Source: Thermoleophilia bacterium (GTDB lineage Bacteria; Actinomycetota; Thermoleophilia; Gaiellales; Gaiellaceae). From it: a stretch of DNA of 44,723 nt. The stretch covers positions 1-44,723 of the forward strand of contig JADGHP010000001.1 of NCBI GenBank assembly GCA_019683855.1, written 5' to 3'. Position numbers and translations under genes: made by a program. Numbering within the stretch: position 1 is the first letter of the stretch; every line of letters begins with the position of its first letter. The notes under the pieces are model-generated. The model was not told where the DNA came from. It ran no database searches and saw only the letters and a list, made by a program, of their open reading frames with translations. Of the stretch, positions 10,451-20,379 are shown one piece after another.

Positions 10451-11095
10451 GTGCGACCGACACCGGTCTACAACCTCCTCGCTGCGCTCAGCTGGCCCGC
10501 CCTCTACGGGCTGTTCCGGCTGCGCGCTCGCGGCCTCGAACACCTGCCGCGGGAGGGCGGCTACGTGCTCGCGTGCAACCACCTCTCGAGCGTCGACCCC
10601 TGGCCCCTCGGGCTTCCGCTCTGGCCGCGCCGCTTCCTGCGCTTCATGGCCAAGTCGGAGCTCTACTGGTGGCCGCTCGGCGCCGTCCTGAACGCGGCCG
10701 GCGCCTTCCCGGTGCGGCGCGGGCAGGCCGACGTCGAGGCCATCCAGACCGCGGTGCGGCTGGCCCGCGAAGGGAACGTCGTGGCCATGTTCCCGGAGGG
10801 GACGCGCCGTCGGAAGGGACTCGTGAAGCGGCACGAGGCCCGGCCTCGCAGCGGCGCGGCCCGGATCGCGCTCGAGGCCGGAGTGCCGCTCCTCCCCGCC
10901 GCCGTCGCCGGCACCGACAGGCTGCTTCGCCTCGGGCCGCTGCGCGTCGCCTACGGTCCGCCGGTCGAGATCGACGACCTGCGCGAGCGGGAGGATCTGC
11001 GGCAGGCGGCGCGGGAGGCGACCGACCGCCTGATGGCGCGGATCGCGGAGCTCGAGGCCTCGCTCGCCGCGCCGCAGAGCGCTCCGCCGAGATGA
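10451..11095 (+). CDS. 1-acyl-sn-glycerol-3-phosphate acyltransferase family protein (PlsC-like)
   Basis: The protein carries the H(X4)D motif (CNHLSSVD) and an FPEGTRR motif. I prefer the GTG at 10451 because the region from 10304 encodes an Arg/Pro-rich stretch that coincides with the repeat region. The ORF is open from 10304, so the start is uncertain. Confidence 0.8.
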   Translation: MRPTPVYNLLAALSWPALYGLFRLRARGLEHLPREGGYVLACNHLSSVDPWPLGLPLWPRRFLRFMAKSELYWWPLGAVLNAAGAFPVRRGQADVEAIQTAVRLAREGNVVAMFPEGTRRRKGLVKRHEARPRSGAARIALEAGVPLLPAAVAGTDRLLRLGPLRVAYGPPVEIDDLREREDLRQAAREATDRLMARIAELEASLAAPQSAPPR

Positions 11096-11967
11096 GCGCC
11101 GGCACGCTGCTCGCCGTCGACGGCGACTCGTTCGCGCACCGCGCCTACCACGCGCTGCCGAAGTCGCTCCGCCTCAACGCCGTCGTCGGCTTCACGAGCA
11201 TGCTCACGCGGCTGTGGCAGGAGGAGCGGCCCGCCTCGGTGCTCGTCGCGTGGGACACGCCGTCGGCGCCGACCTACCGGCACCGGGCGTTCGCGGCGTA
11301 CCAGTCGGGCCGCGTGTTCGACGACGCGCTGCTCGAGCAGCTCGAGCTCCTGCCCGGGCTCGTGCGCGCAATGGGCTTCGCGGTCGCCAAGGCCGAGGGC
11401 TACGAGGCTGACGACTTCCTCGCCGCAGCCGCGCGCGCGTGGCCCGGCCCCGTCCTCGTCGCCACCTCGGACCGTGACGCGTTTCAGCTCGCGAGCGACC
11501 GCGTCACGATCCTCCAGCCGACGAAGGCTGGTAGCGTCGCCGGCAAAGCCAGCGACGCCCGGCCGAGGACCCGGGGCCACCATGGGCGGCCCGGGGGCGT
11601 GAGCGAGCTGGCGCGGATCGGCCCTGCCGAGGTGCGGGAGCGCTGGGGCGTCGAGCCCGAGCAGGTGCCCGACCTGATCGCGCTCCGCGGCGACCCCTCC
11701 GACCGGCTGCCGGGCGCCAGGGGCGTGGGCCCGAAGAAGGCCGCGGAGCTCCTCCGCCGGTACGGGACGCTCGAGGCGGCGCTGGCGGACGGAAGATTCG
11801 CAGCCGAGGCGAAGGAGTTGCGCCTCTTCCGGCGAATCGCGACCATGGACGCCTCCGCCCCCCTTCCTCCCCTCGAAGAAACACACCCCACATGGGCGGA
11901 GGCGTCCAGCTTCCTCGAGGGCCTCGGTCTCGGCCGCGTCGCCGAGCGCGTGGCGGCTCTGGCGTAG
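11092..11967 (+). CDS. 5'-3' exonuclease (FEN/Pol I N-terminal-like nuclease)
   Basis: An in-frame ATG at 11092 overlaps the acyltransferase stop (ATGA). The protein reads [23 protein letters not shown]...[10 protein letters not shown]...TSDRDAFQL...[26 protein letters not shown]. The track ORF 10345..11967 has a spurious N-terminal extension. Confidence 0.88.
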   Translation: MSAGTLLAVDGDSFAHRAYHALPKSLRLNAVVGFTSMLTRLWQEERPASVLVAWDTPSAPTYRHRAFAAYQSGRVFDDALLEQLELLPGLVRAMGFAVAKAEGYEADDFLAAAARAWPGPVLVATSDRDAFQLASDRVTILQPTKAGSVAGKASDARPRTRGHHGRPGGVSELARIGPAEVRERWGVEPEQVPDLIALRGDPSDRLPGARGVGPKKAAELLRRYGTLEAALADGRFAAEAKELRLFRRIATMDASAPLPPLEETHPTWAEASSFLEGLGLGRVAERVAALA

Positions 11968-12010
11968 ACTGCCGCCCGTCGAAGCCCTGACGCACCGAGC
12001 GTTCGCACGC

Positions 12011-12865
12011 TTGCACCCGACCGGCCACCACCCGGAGCGGCCGGAGCGGATCGCCGCGCTCCTCGCGCATCTGCCCGCCTGGAGCGAGGGTCGTGCCGCG
12101 ACCGAGGAGGAGCTCCTCCTCTGCCACACGCCGGAGCACGTCGCCCGCGTGCGCGCGATCGAGCGCCCGCAGTGGCTCGACGGGGACACGATCTGCAGCG
12201 AGACGACCTGGGAGGCAGCCCTGCTCGCCGCCGGGACGGCGATCGAGGCCGCGCTCCGCGGCGGCTTCGCGCTCGTCCGCCCGCCCGGACACCACGCGCT
12301 CCCCGACCGGGCGATGGGCTTCTGCATCTTCAACAACGTCGCGATCGCGGCGCGCGCCGCGCAGCGCGCCCTGGGGCTCGAGCGAGTGGCGATCGTCGAC
12401 TTCGACGTCCACCACGGCAACGGCACCGAGGCGATCTTCGCGGACGACGACAGCGTCCTCTTCGCCTCACTGCACCAGTGGCCGTTCTACCCCGGCAGCG
12501 GCGGCCCCGACGACCAGCGCGAGACGACGGTGAACGTGCCCATGTCCGCCGGCTCCGGCGACGAGGAGTACCTGCACGCGTTCGAGCACGTCGTCGAGCC
12601 CGCGGTGACGCGGTTCGAGCCGGAGCTTGTGCTCGTCTCCGCCGGCTTCGACGCGCACGTCGACGACCCGCTCGCGGGCATGCGCCTCACCGAGGACGGC
12701 TTCCGCGAGCTCGCGCGCCGCTGCGCGCGCCTCGCGCCCCGCGTGGCCGCGGTGCTCGAGGGCGGCTACGAGATCGCGACGCTCCCCGGCCTCGTCGACG
12801 CCGCGCTCGACGGCTTCGGTCGACGCGAGGCGCTGCGCGAAGGCTCAGACGAGGCCCTGTTGTGA
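12011..12865 (+). CDS. Histone deacetylase / acetoin-utilisation (AcuC-like) family deacetylase
   Basis: ORF 12011..12865 (284 aa) contains [15 protein letters not shown] and [11 protein letters not shown] motifs. The TTG start is uncertain, and the N-terminus looks slightly short for the family. Confidence 0.82.
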   Translation: MHPTGHHPERPERIAALLAHLPAWSEGRAATEEELLLCHTPEHVARVRAIERPQWLDGDTICSETTWEAALLAAGTAIEAALRGGFALVRPPGHHALPDRAMGFCIFNNVAIAARAAQRALGLERVAIVDFDVHHGNGTEAIFADDDSVLFASLHQWPFYPGSGGPDDQRETTVNVPMSAGSGDEEYLHAFEHVVEPAVTRFEPELVLVSAGFDAHVDDPLAGMRLTEDGFRELARRCARLAPRVAAVLEGGYEIATLPGLVDAALDGFGRREALREGSDEALL

Positions 12866-12888
12866 ATGCGTTGCGACTCTTCTGCAGG

Positions 12889-12910
12889 GGGTCAGACCCG
12901 GGTCAGACCC
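12889..12910. repeat. Perfect tandem duplication of the 11-mer GGGTCAGACCC
   Basis: GGGTCAGACCC occupies 12889-12899 and again 12900-12910. It lies inside a 357-bp spacer with no coding signal, between convergent genes. Confidence 0.9.
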
Positions 12911-13222
12911 CGTTACGGAAGTGTTGCGGCCGGGAGACGTCTCTTCGAGCCGCGTCAGGTAGCTGTTTCCAGGCGTGGCCGGGGAAGCCATGCAAGGGGC
13001 GCGTGCCGCACAGCGAAGCCGTCCCGGCAGCCCGGAAGCCAGAGCACGGCACATGCGTCCGCGTCACGGCGGTCAGAAGGCGGCGTCTCACGCACGCGAG
13101 CCAGTCGCCACGCATCCGTCACAGGCGCACCCCAAGGCAGCCAAGCGGCGCCGAGCACCGCGAACCAGAAGCAGCACGAACGCCGGCCGAGACTGCGCTC
13201 TCGGCCCGCCGCAGCGCGAAGC

Positions 13223-14451
13223 TCAGCGCCCCACCCGCTCGAGCCGACGCCGCGAGAGGGTGTCGAGCGTGACGGCGGCGAGCAGGATGAGGCCCGTCGT
13301 CACGTTCTTCACCCAGTCGGTCTGGCCGAGCAGGTCGAGGCCGTTCTCGATCGTCTTGATCACGAGCGCGCCGAGCAACGCGCTGCGCACGTAGCCGCGG
13401 CCGCCGAACAGGCTCGTTCCTCCGATCACCGCGGCGGCGATGGAGTCGAGGAGGACGGTCCCGCTCCCCGCGGTGAGGTCGACGGAGCTGAGGCGGGCGG
13501 CGAAGGCGATCCCTCCGAGCGCCGCCATCGCGCCCGAGATCATGAACACGAGAATCCGGATCCGCGCGACGTTGATGCCGGCGCGCCGGGCGGCCTCCGG
13601 GTTGCCGCCGACCGCGTAGACGTGCCGCCCGAACGTCGTCCGTCTCGCGACGTACGTCCAGAAGCCGATCAGGCCGATCACGAGCAGGCCGGCGAACGGC
13701 ACCCCGCGCGCGTGGTTGCAGATCGCGACGGCGCCGAAGGCGATGACGGCGAGCGCCGCGAGCCGCAGGGCGGCGAGCAGCGGGTTCCCGATCGGGAGCC
13801 CCGCCCGGTGCCGGGTCACGAAACCGCTGACGGTGACGGCGCAGAGCCCGACGGTGACAGCCGCCGCGATCGCCCAGCCCCACTCCTTGGGCAGAAAGTA
13901 GTTGGCGACGTTGTTGACCGTGTTGCTCTGGATGCCGATCACGCCCTGGATCCCGAGCGCCTTCAGGATCACGCCCTGGAAGGCGAGCAGGCCCGCGAGC
14001 GTGACGACGAAGGACGGCACGCCGATCAGCGCCACGAACGAGCCCTGGAGGGCGCCGATCAGCGCGCCGACGGCGATCGCGATGGCGATCGCCGCCCCGC
14101 CGCCGAGGTTGTGGCCGGTGCCCGCCTGCTGCAGCTCGGCGACGACGACGCCGCCGACGCCGCTGACCGAGCCGATGGAAAGGTCGATCTCGCCGAGCAG
14201 GAGCACGAAGACGACGCCGATCGCGATCAGCGCGACCGGCGCCATCTGCACGATCAGGTTGTCGAAGTTGATCGAGGTGAAGAAGACGCTCGTCTTCGCC
14301 GTGAAGAAGACCGTGATCAGGGCGAGCGCGACGATCACCGGCAGGCTGCCGACGTCGCCCGCCCGCACCCGCTCGAGGTAGGCGCGCGCGGCGGCGCGGA
14401 CTCCGCCCTCCTCGGCGGCCGCCAGCTCGACCTCGGAAGGCCCGAGGACGC

Positions 14452-14455
<4 letters not shown>
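13223..14455 (-). CDS. Sugar ABC transporter permease (CUT2, XylH/FrcC-like)
   Basis: A GTG at 14455 overlaps the ATPase stop (GTGA) and gives a 410-aa multi-pass protein (VSVLGPSEVELAAAEEGG...LPVIVALALITVFF...). The upstream part of track ORF 13223..14962 is junk that overlaps the ATPase gene. Confidence 0.85.
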
Positions 14456-15246
<791 letters not shown>

Positions 15247-15316
15247 ATCACAGAGGCGGCGGCGGGACGACCCTGCGGCCGTCCCGCCGCCGATCAGCTA
15301 CCGGTGCGAGCGGCTC

Positions 15317-16381
15317 CTACTTGCAGTACTGCGCGTACTTGCCGACGCAGACCTGGCTCCGCTTCACGAACCCCTCCTGGAAGAGGAGCTTGTAGTTCGC
15401 CTTGGTCACCCACTTCGGGGTGAGCAGGATCGACGGCATGCCGCTGATCTTGCCGTTCGTCTTCACCGGCTTGCCGTTCAGGACGTCGATCGCCGCCTGC
15501 GCCGCGGCGTTCGCCTCCTGGCGCACCGACTTGTACACGGTGCCGCTCTGCCAGCCGGCGAGGATGTACTGGACGCCGGTTGGGGTGGCGTCCTGGCCGG
15601 TGACCGGGATCGGCTTCAGGCCGTGGTTCTGGAGGGCGGAGATGACGGCGCCCGCGAGGCCGTCGTTGGCGGCGAGCACGCCGTCGATGCGGTTCCCGTT
15701 GCGGGCGAGCATCTGCTCGAAGATGGTCAGGCCCTTGTTGGGATCCCAGTCCGTCCACTGGTCGCCGGCGACCGCCTTCTTGAAGACGCCCTTCTTGTAG
15801 AGCGGGTTCAGGACCGAGTCGTAGCCCTGCTTGAACAGCTTCGCGTTGTTGTCCTGGATGCCGCCGTTCAGCTCGGCGATCACCGGGTGCTTCGAGTACA
15901 TCCCGTTCGCCCTAAGCGCCGCGACGAGCCCCTGCCCCATCAGCTTGCCGACCTTCACGTTGTCGAAGGAGACGTAGTAGGAGGCCTTGCTCCCGGGGAC
16001 GATGCGGTCGTAGTCGATGACCGTGGCCCCCTGGGCGACGGCGTCGTTCGTGATCGCCGCGCCCGAGGCGAGCGTCAGCTCGTCGAGCAGGATCACCTTC
16101 GCGCCCGCGGCGAGACAGCCGTCGGCCTGCGACTTCTGGCGCTGCGCGTCGCCCTGGGCGTTCAGCACCTGGGCGGAGACGCCGGCCTTCTTGAACGCAG
16201 CCTTGAGGTAGGGCGCGTCGAACAGCGTGTAGCGCGTGGACGACTTCGTGTCCGGCAGCAGCGCGCAAACCTGGACGTCTGCCTTGTGCACCGAGACGCG
16301 GGCCGTCGCCGAGCCGGTCGCGACCAGCGCGGCGAGCGCCACGATCCCGGCTGCGAGGCTCCAGCGTGAGCGAACCTTCAT
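15317..16381 (-). CDS. Periplasmic sugar-binding protein (Peripla_BP-type, xylose/ribose-like)
   Basis: The ATG at 16381 is preceded by GGAGGG (minus strand). The signal peptide is MKVRSRWSLAAGIVALAALVATGSATA, and the body is PBP type I-like. Confidence 0.85.
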   Translation of the reverse strand: MKVRSRWSLAAGIVALAALVATGSATARVSVHKADVQVCALLPDTKSSTRYTLFDAPYLKAAFKKAGVSAQVLNAQGDAQRQKSQADGCLAAGAKVILLDELTLASGAAITNDAVAQGATVIDYDRIVPGSKASYYVSFDNVKVGKLMGQGLVAALRANGMYSKHPVIAELNGGIQDNNAKLFKQGYDSVLNPLYKKGVFKKAVAGDQWTDWDPNKGLTIFEQMLARNGNRIDGVLAANDGLAGAVISALQNHGLKPIPVTGQDATPTGVQYILAGWQSGTVYKSVRQEANAAAQAAIDVLNGKPVKTNGKISGMPSILLTPKWVTKANYKLLFQEGFVKRSQVCVGKYAQYCK

Positions 16382-16442
16382 TTCACCCTCCATTGGGTCC
16401 GATGACCGGCGGTCCACGGTGACCGCGGTTCGTAGCGGCGCA

Positions 16443-16470
16443 ATACTACTCCTCTAGTGAAATAGGGCAA
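16443..16470 (-). promoter_or_regulatory. Candidate promoter of the sugar ABC operon
   Basis: The minus strand reads TTGCCC-16 nt-TAGTAT in the only AT-rich patch of the 129-bp spacer upstream of the binding-protein gene. Confidence 0.3.
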
Positions 16471-16510
16471 GCGTGCTTTTCCGCAGAGCTCACGCGGGCT
16501 CGCCGCGGGC

Positions 16511-17500
16511 CTACGAGACCGGGTACTTCTGCTCCCGCGAGCTGCCCTCGTAGCGGGTGCGCGTGGTGAGGTAGCGGGCGACGTTCGCCCGCGTCACGAA
16601 CTTGAGCCCGGTGTTCGTCTCGGCGGGCGAGACGAGGCCGCCGCTGTAGCGGTAGAAGAAGAGCTGCTGGATCGGCAGGAAGCCCTGCAGGTAGGGCTGC
16701 TGGTCGATCGTGAAGTCGAGGCGCCCCGCCGCGATCGAGGCCAGCGTGCCCGGCAGGAGGTCCCAGCCACCGGCCCGGACGCCCTTGCGGTGGAGGTGGT
16801 AGCGGTGGACCACCTCGGCGACGCCCTGCGTCGAGCCGCCGTCGACCGCGAACATGCCGCGCAAGCCGCGGTGCGCGAGGTAGATCTGCTCGATCTTCCG
16901 CCGCTCGGCCGCGACGTCCGCCCCGGTGGCGACGACGTGGACGCGGATCGGCTTGCCCGAGTCGCGGATGGCGTCGACCGCGCCGTCGACGCGCGGCTGG
17001 ATGTTGAGCTGCCCGGGCGTGGCGATGAAGATGAAGACGTCCCCCTCGTGGACGAGCTCGACGATGCGCGCACCGAACTTCAGGCCCGCCTGGTAGAGGT
17101 CCTGGCCGACGTAGGCGAGCCGGGCGTTGCCGCGACCGCCGTCGGCGTTGTACGAGACCACCGGGATGCCCCGCTCCAGGGCGCGCGCGGTGGGCTCGTT
17201 GAAGGCGACCGGGTCGATCACCGAGACGGCGATCCCGTCGGCGCGCCGCTCGATCGCGCGGTTCATCGCGTCGACCATCTCCGCGACGTCGCTGCGCTTC
17301 GAGCCCGTCCAGTCGGCGGCGACGTCGTAGAGCGAGCAGGCGTCGGCGATGCCGTAGCGGGCCGGCACGAAGAACGGGTTCGTGGTCGCGTGGTTGACGA
17401 AGACGAAGCGCCAGCGCGGGTGCGGCCGGATGAAGGTCCGCGGCGCGAGCCCCGCGACGGCCGCCCGGCGCAGGAGCGCCGCTCGATCGATCGCCTCCAT
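16511..17500 (-). CDS. Second periplasmic sugar-binding-protein-like protein with a Tat-like signal
   Basis: The ATG at 17500 shares one base with the stop of the upstream membrane-protein gene (TGATG) and is preceded by GGAGGAG. The protein starts MEAIDRAALLRRAAVAGLA..., and the body is Peripla_BP-like (329 aa). Confidence 0.8.
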   Translation of the reverse strand: MEAIDRAALLRRAAVAGLAPRTFIRPHPRWRFVFVNHATTNPFFVPARYGIADACSLYDVAADWTGSKRSDVAEMVDAMNRAIERRADGIAVSVIDPVAFNEPTARALERGIPVVSYNADGGRGNARLAYVGQDLYQAGLKFGARIVELVHEGDVFIFIATPGQLNIQPRVDGAVDAIRDSGKPIRVHVVATGADVAAERRKIEQIYLAHRGLRGMFAVDGGSTQGVAEVVHRYHLHRKGVRAGGWDLLPGTLASIAAGRLDFTIDQQPYLQGFLPIQQLFFYRYSGGLVSPAETNTGLKFVTRANVARYLTTRTRYEGSSREQKYPVS

Positions 17501-18447
17501 CACGCCGGTCTCCTCCGTACGAGGGCCACGGCCGCGAGCAGCACGACCGCCGCGAGCGCGACGAAGATCGCAGCCTCGATCCCCTGGAACACCCAGAAGC
17601 GATCGGGAGGCTGGAAGGTGATCACCCGCCGCCAGCCGAGCGAGGAGAAGTACTGCTGCGGGTCGACGCTCGCCCGCTGCGCGTGCAGCACCGCGAGGTC
17701 CTCGCGACCGGTCGTGATCTTCCGGCCGAGCGTGTCGACGAGGGCGTTGTCGAGCACCCACCCGCGGGAGCGCGTGGGAGCGGAGAGCCCCGACGCGACC
17801 TGGTGCAGCGGCGGCAGGTAGCGGGGGCGGAGGAGCTTCTCGACGCCGAGCCGGACCGCGACGAACGCCGCGGCCGCCACCGAGAGCGCCGCGAGCGTGC
17901 GCCGCAGCACGAGCCCGGCCAGGATGCCGACGGCGAGCGCGAACAGAGCGTACGCGGGAACGACGATCCCCTCCACGTCGAACGCCGCCGGGCTCATCCG
18001 GCCGTCGACGTGGTCGAACGGCTCCCGCCACCACATCGCGACACCCGCCAGCGCGAGCGAGGCCGCCACCACCGCGAGCCCGAGCAGGGCGGTCTTCGAG
18101 AGCAGCCAGCGCTGCCGCGAGATCCCCTGCGTCCACGCGAGCCGGTAGGTGCCGTGCTCGAACTCGCGCGCGAGCAGCGGCGCCCCGATGAGCACGCCGG
18201 CGAGGCCGGGGAGCAGGATCAGCCAGCGCGCGACCGCGGCCCGCGCCGCGAACTCGCTACGGAAGTGTCCGACGATCAGCTCGCAGCCCGGTCGCAGGGC
18301 GGGCGGCAGGCACGACGAGAGCGCCTGCCGATGGTACGCCGCCCGCACCGGCAGCGCCGTCGCCACCGCCGCGACGGCGACGAGCAGGACGAGGCCCCCG
18401 ACCGCGAGGAGCTGCAGCCGGTGCTGGCGCCAGATCACCCATGCCAT
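17500..18447 (-). CDS. ABC-2-type transporter membrane protein
   Basis: An in-frame Met at 18447 starts MAWVIWRQHRLQLLAVGGLVLLVAVAAV... (315 aa, about six hydrophobic spans). It overlaps the ATPase gene end by 13 nt. The upstream part of track ORF 17500..19599 is out-of-frame junk. Confidence 0.75.
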   Translation of the reverse strand: MAWVIWRQHRLQLLAVGGLVLLVAVAAVATALPVRAAYHRQALSSCLPPALRPGCELIVGHFRSEFAARAAVARWLILLPGLAGVLIGAPLLAREFEHGTYRLAWTQGISRQRWLLSKTALLGLAVVAASLALAGVAMWWREPFDHVDGRMSPAAFDVEGIVVPAYALFALAVGILAGLVLRRTLAALSVAAAAFVAVRLGVEKLLRPRYLPPLHQVASGLSAPTRSRGWVLDNALVDTLGRKITTGREDLAVLHAQRASVDPQQYFSSLGWRRVITFQPPDRFWVFQGIEAAIFVALAAVVLLAAVALVRRRPA

Positions 18448-19331
18448 CGCAGCCTCGAAGGCTCCGGGGGTCGAGGCGTCGGAAGCTCGACGGTCGCCAT
18501 GTAGGCGAGGAGCAGCTCCTCGAGCCCGATCGGCTCGACCGTCCACGTCGGATCGAGCACGGGGCCGTTCGTACGGACGAGCAGCGTCAGCTGCCTGCCG
18601 CTGTGGCGGGCCCTCACGATCTCCTCGACGCCGCGAATGCGGCCCAGCGGCCGCCGCACGCCGGTGAGAAGCCGGTGCGACTCGAGCAGCTCCTCGACCG
18701 TGCCGTCGAGCCGGACGCCGCCCTCGCCGAGAAGGACGATCCGCTCGCAGGCTCGCTCGATGTCGGTCACGACCCGCGTCGCGATCACGACCGTGGCGCC
18801 CGTCTCGGCGACCCCGTCCATCAGTACCTGGAGGAACGCGCGCGCGGCGAGCGGGTCGAGGCGGGCGAACGGCTCGTCGAGGAGGACGAGCCCGGGCCGC
18901 TTGCCGAGCGCGACCGCGAGCGCGAGACGCGAGCGCTCGCCCGGCGTGAGCGCCGAGACGCGCGTCTGCCGAGACAGCCCGCCGAGCAGCTCGTCCGCGA
19001 GCGCGCCGTCCCAGCGCACGTTCGTCGCGCGCGCGAACTCCAAGGTCTCGGCGACGGTGAACGACCGGTAGAGCGGCGCGTCCTGGGCGACGTAGCCGAC
19101 CTCGGCGATCGCGTCGGCGCTGCGGCGCGGGTCGCGGCCGAGGACGCGGATCGTCCCCTCCGTCGGCTCGAGCAGCCCGACGGCCAGGCTGAGCAGGGTG
19201 GACTTGCCCGCCCCGTTCGGGCCCGTCAGGCCGACCACCGTCTGCTCGGGAGCGCGCAGCGTGCAGTCCCGGAGCGCCCATCTGCCGCGGAAGCGCTTCC
19301 CCAGCGCGACCGTCTCCAGCGGAGCGCTCAT
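18435..19331 (-). CDS. ABC transporter ATP-binding protein (YtrB-like)
   Basis: The ATG at 19331 overlaps the GntR stop (ATGA). The protein reads MSAPLETVALGKRFRGRWAL...GPNGAGKSTLL...LLDEPFARLD (298 aa). Confidence 0.88.
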   Translation of the reverse strand: MSAPLETVALGKRFRGRWALRDCTLRAPEQTVVGLTGPNGAGKSTLLSLAVGLLEPTEGTIRVLGRDPRRSADAIAEVGYVAQDAPLYRSFTVAETLEFARATNVRWDGALADELLGGLSRQTRVSALTPGERSRLALAVALGKRPGLVLLDEPFARLDPLAARAFLQVLMDGVAETGATVVIATRVVTDIERACERIVLLGEGGVRLDGTVEELLESHRLLTGVRRPLGRIRGVEEIVRARHSGRQLTLLVRTNGPVLDPTWTVEPIGLEELLLAYMATVELPTPRPPEPSRLRWHG

Positions 19332-19717
19332 GCGACCCGGCGGTCGAGCGCCTCCCGAAGCGTGCTCGAGACGAGGGCGCGGATGCTCTCCTCGTCGATG
19401 CCGGCGCGTTGCGCCTCGCGCAGCCACGCGAGCAGGCCGCGGCGGAGCGCGTCGTGGTGCTCCACCGAGGGAGACCCGAGCGAGCTCGCGACGAACGTGC
19501 CGCGGCCGGGTCGGGCGACGACGAGCCCGTCGCGCTCGAGCTCCCGGTACGCCTTGGCCACCGTGTTCGGGTTGATCCCGATCGCGGCGACGACCTCACG
19601 CACGGTCGGTAGCTGGTCGCCGACGTCGAGCAGGCCGAGCCGGAGCGCGTCCTTCACCTGCTGGACGATCTGCAGGTACATCGGGAGCCCCGAGCGGGGA
19701 TCGAGGTGGAACTCCAC
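19328..19717 (-). CDS. GntR-family transcriptional regulator, short YtrA subfamily
   Basis: ORF 19328..19717 (129 aa) has a winged HTH (LPTVREVVAAIGINPNTVAKAYRELERDGLVVARPGRGTFV) and the short C-terminal domain typical of YtrA. Confidence 0.88.
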   Translation of the reverse strand: MEFHLDPRSGLPMYLQIVQQVKDALRLGLLDVGDQLPTVREVVAAIGINPNTVAKAYRELERDGLVVARPGRGTFVASSLGSPSVEHHDALRRGLLAWLREAQRAGIDEESIRALVSSTLREALDRRVA

Positions 19718-19723
19718 GAGCCG

Positions 19724-19729
19724 ATTGTA
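19724..19729 (-). promoter_or_regulatory. -10 hexamer TACAAT placed 6 nt upstream of the GntR GTG start (leaderless geometry)
   Basis: The minus strand reads CCTACAATCGgctcGTG. The same 9-mer, CTACAATCG, precedes rnpB on the other strand. Confidence 0.45.
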
Positions 19730-19802
19730 GGCGGCGTCCCCTCGGGGCGGAAAGCGCCGCCCGCCGCGCGGGCCGGGAGGTCGGGCCGCGGCGCGGGCCG
19801 GC

Positions 19803-19808
19803 TACAAT
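19803..19808 (+). promoter_or_regulatory. -10 hexamer TACAAT of the rnpB promoter
   Basis: GGCTACAATCGcgcctGCAGGCC: the hexamer ends 7 nt before the predicted RNase P RNA 5' end. Confidence 0.5.
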
Positions 19809-19815
19809 CGCGCCT

Positions 19816-20144
<329 letters not shown>

Positions 20145-20152
20145 ACGGAAAG

Positions 20153-20175
20153 AGCCCTGGAACCAGGGCTTTTTC
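20153..20175 (+). terminator. Intrinsic terminator after rnpB
   Basis: AGCCCTGG-AA-CCAGGGCT forms a perfect hairpin and is followed by TTTTT. Confidence 0.75.
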
Positions 20176-20379
20176 TATGGGCCCAATTCGTTTCTCCTGT
20201 CCGGCAGGCGGAGACGCAGTCGAATGTACTTGATCCGGGCGACCTGGCGAGCGGGCGAGCAGATAGACGGATCGCGTGGTGCGGCCGCCGAGATCGTGGG
20301 TCGCAAGATGCGGCGCCACAGATGAGGAGTACCCCGTGACTGAGGTCATGGACAGGGTCGCGGCGGCCGGCTGCGCGTC

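Noticed and set aside
12866-13222. Considered SRP (4.5S) RNA or 6S RNA in the long spacer, because of CCGGAAGCC and CAGAAGCAGC-like strings.
   Set aside because: The conserved SRP domain IV sequence (GGUCCGGAAGGAAGCAGCC context) and the symmetric-loop pairing are not present. No convincing long helix closes the region. It is kept only as an unexplained spacer.
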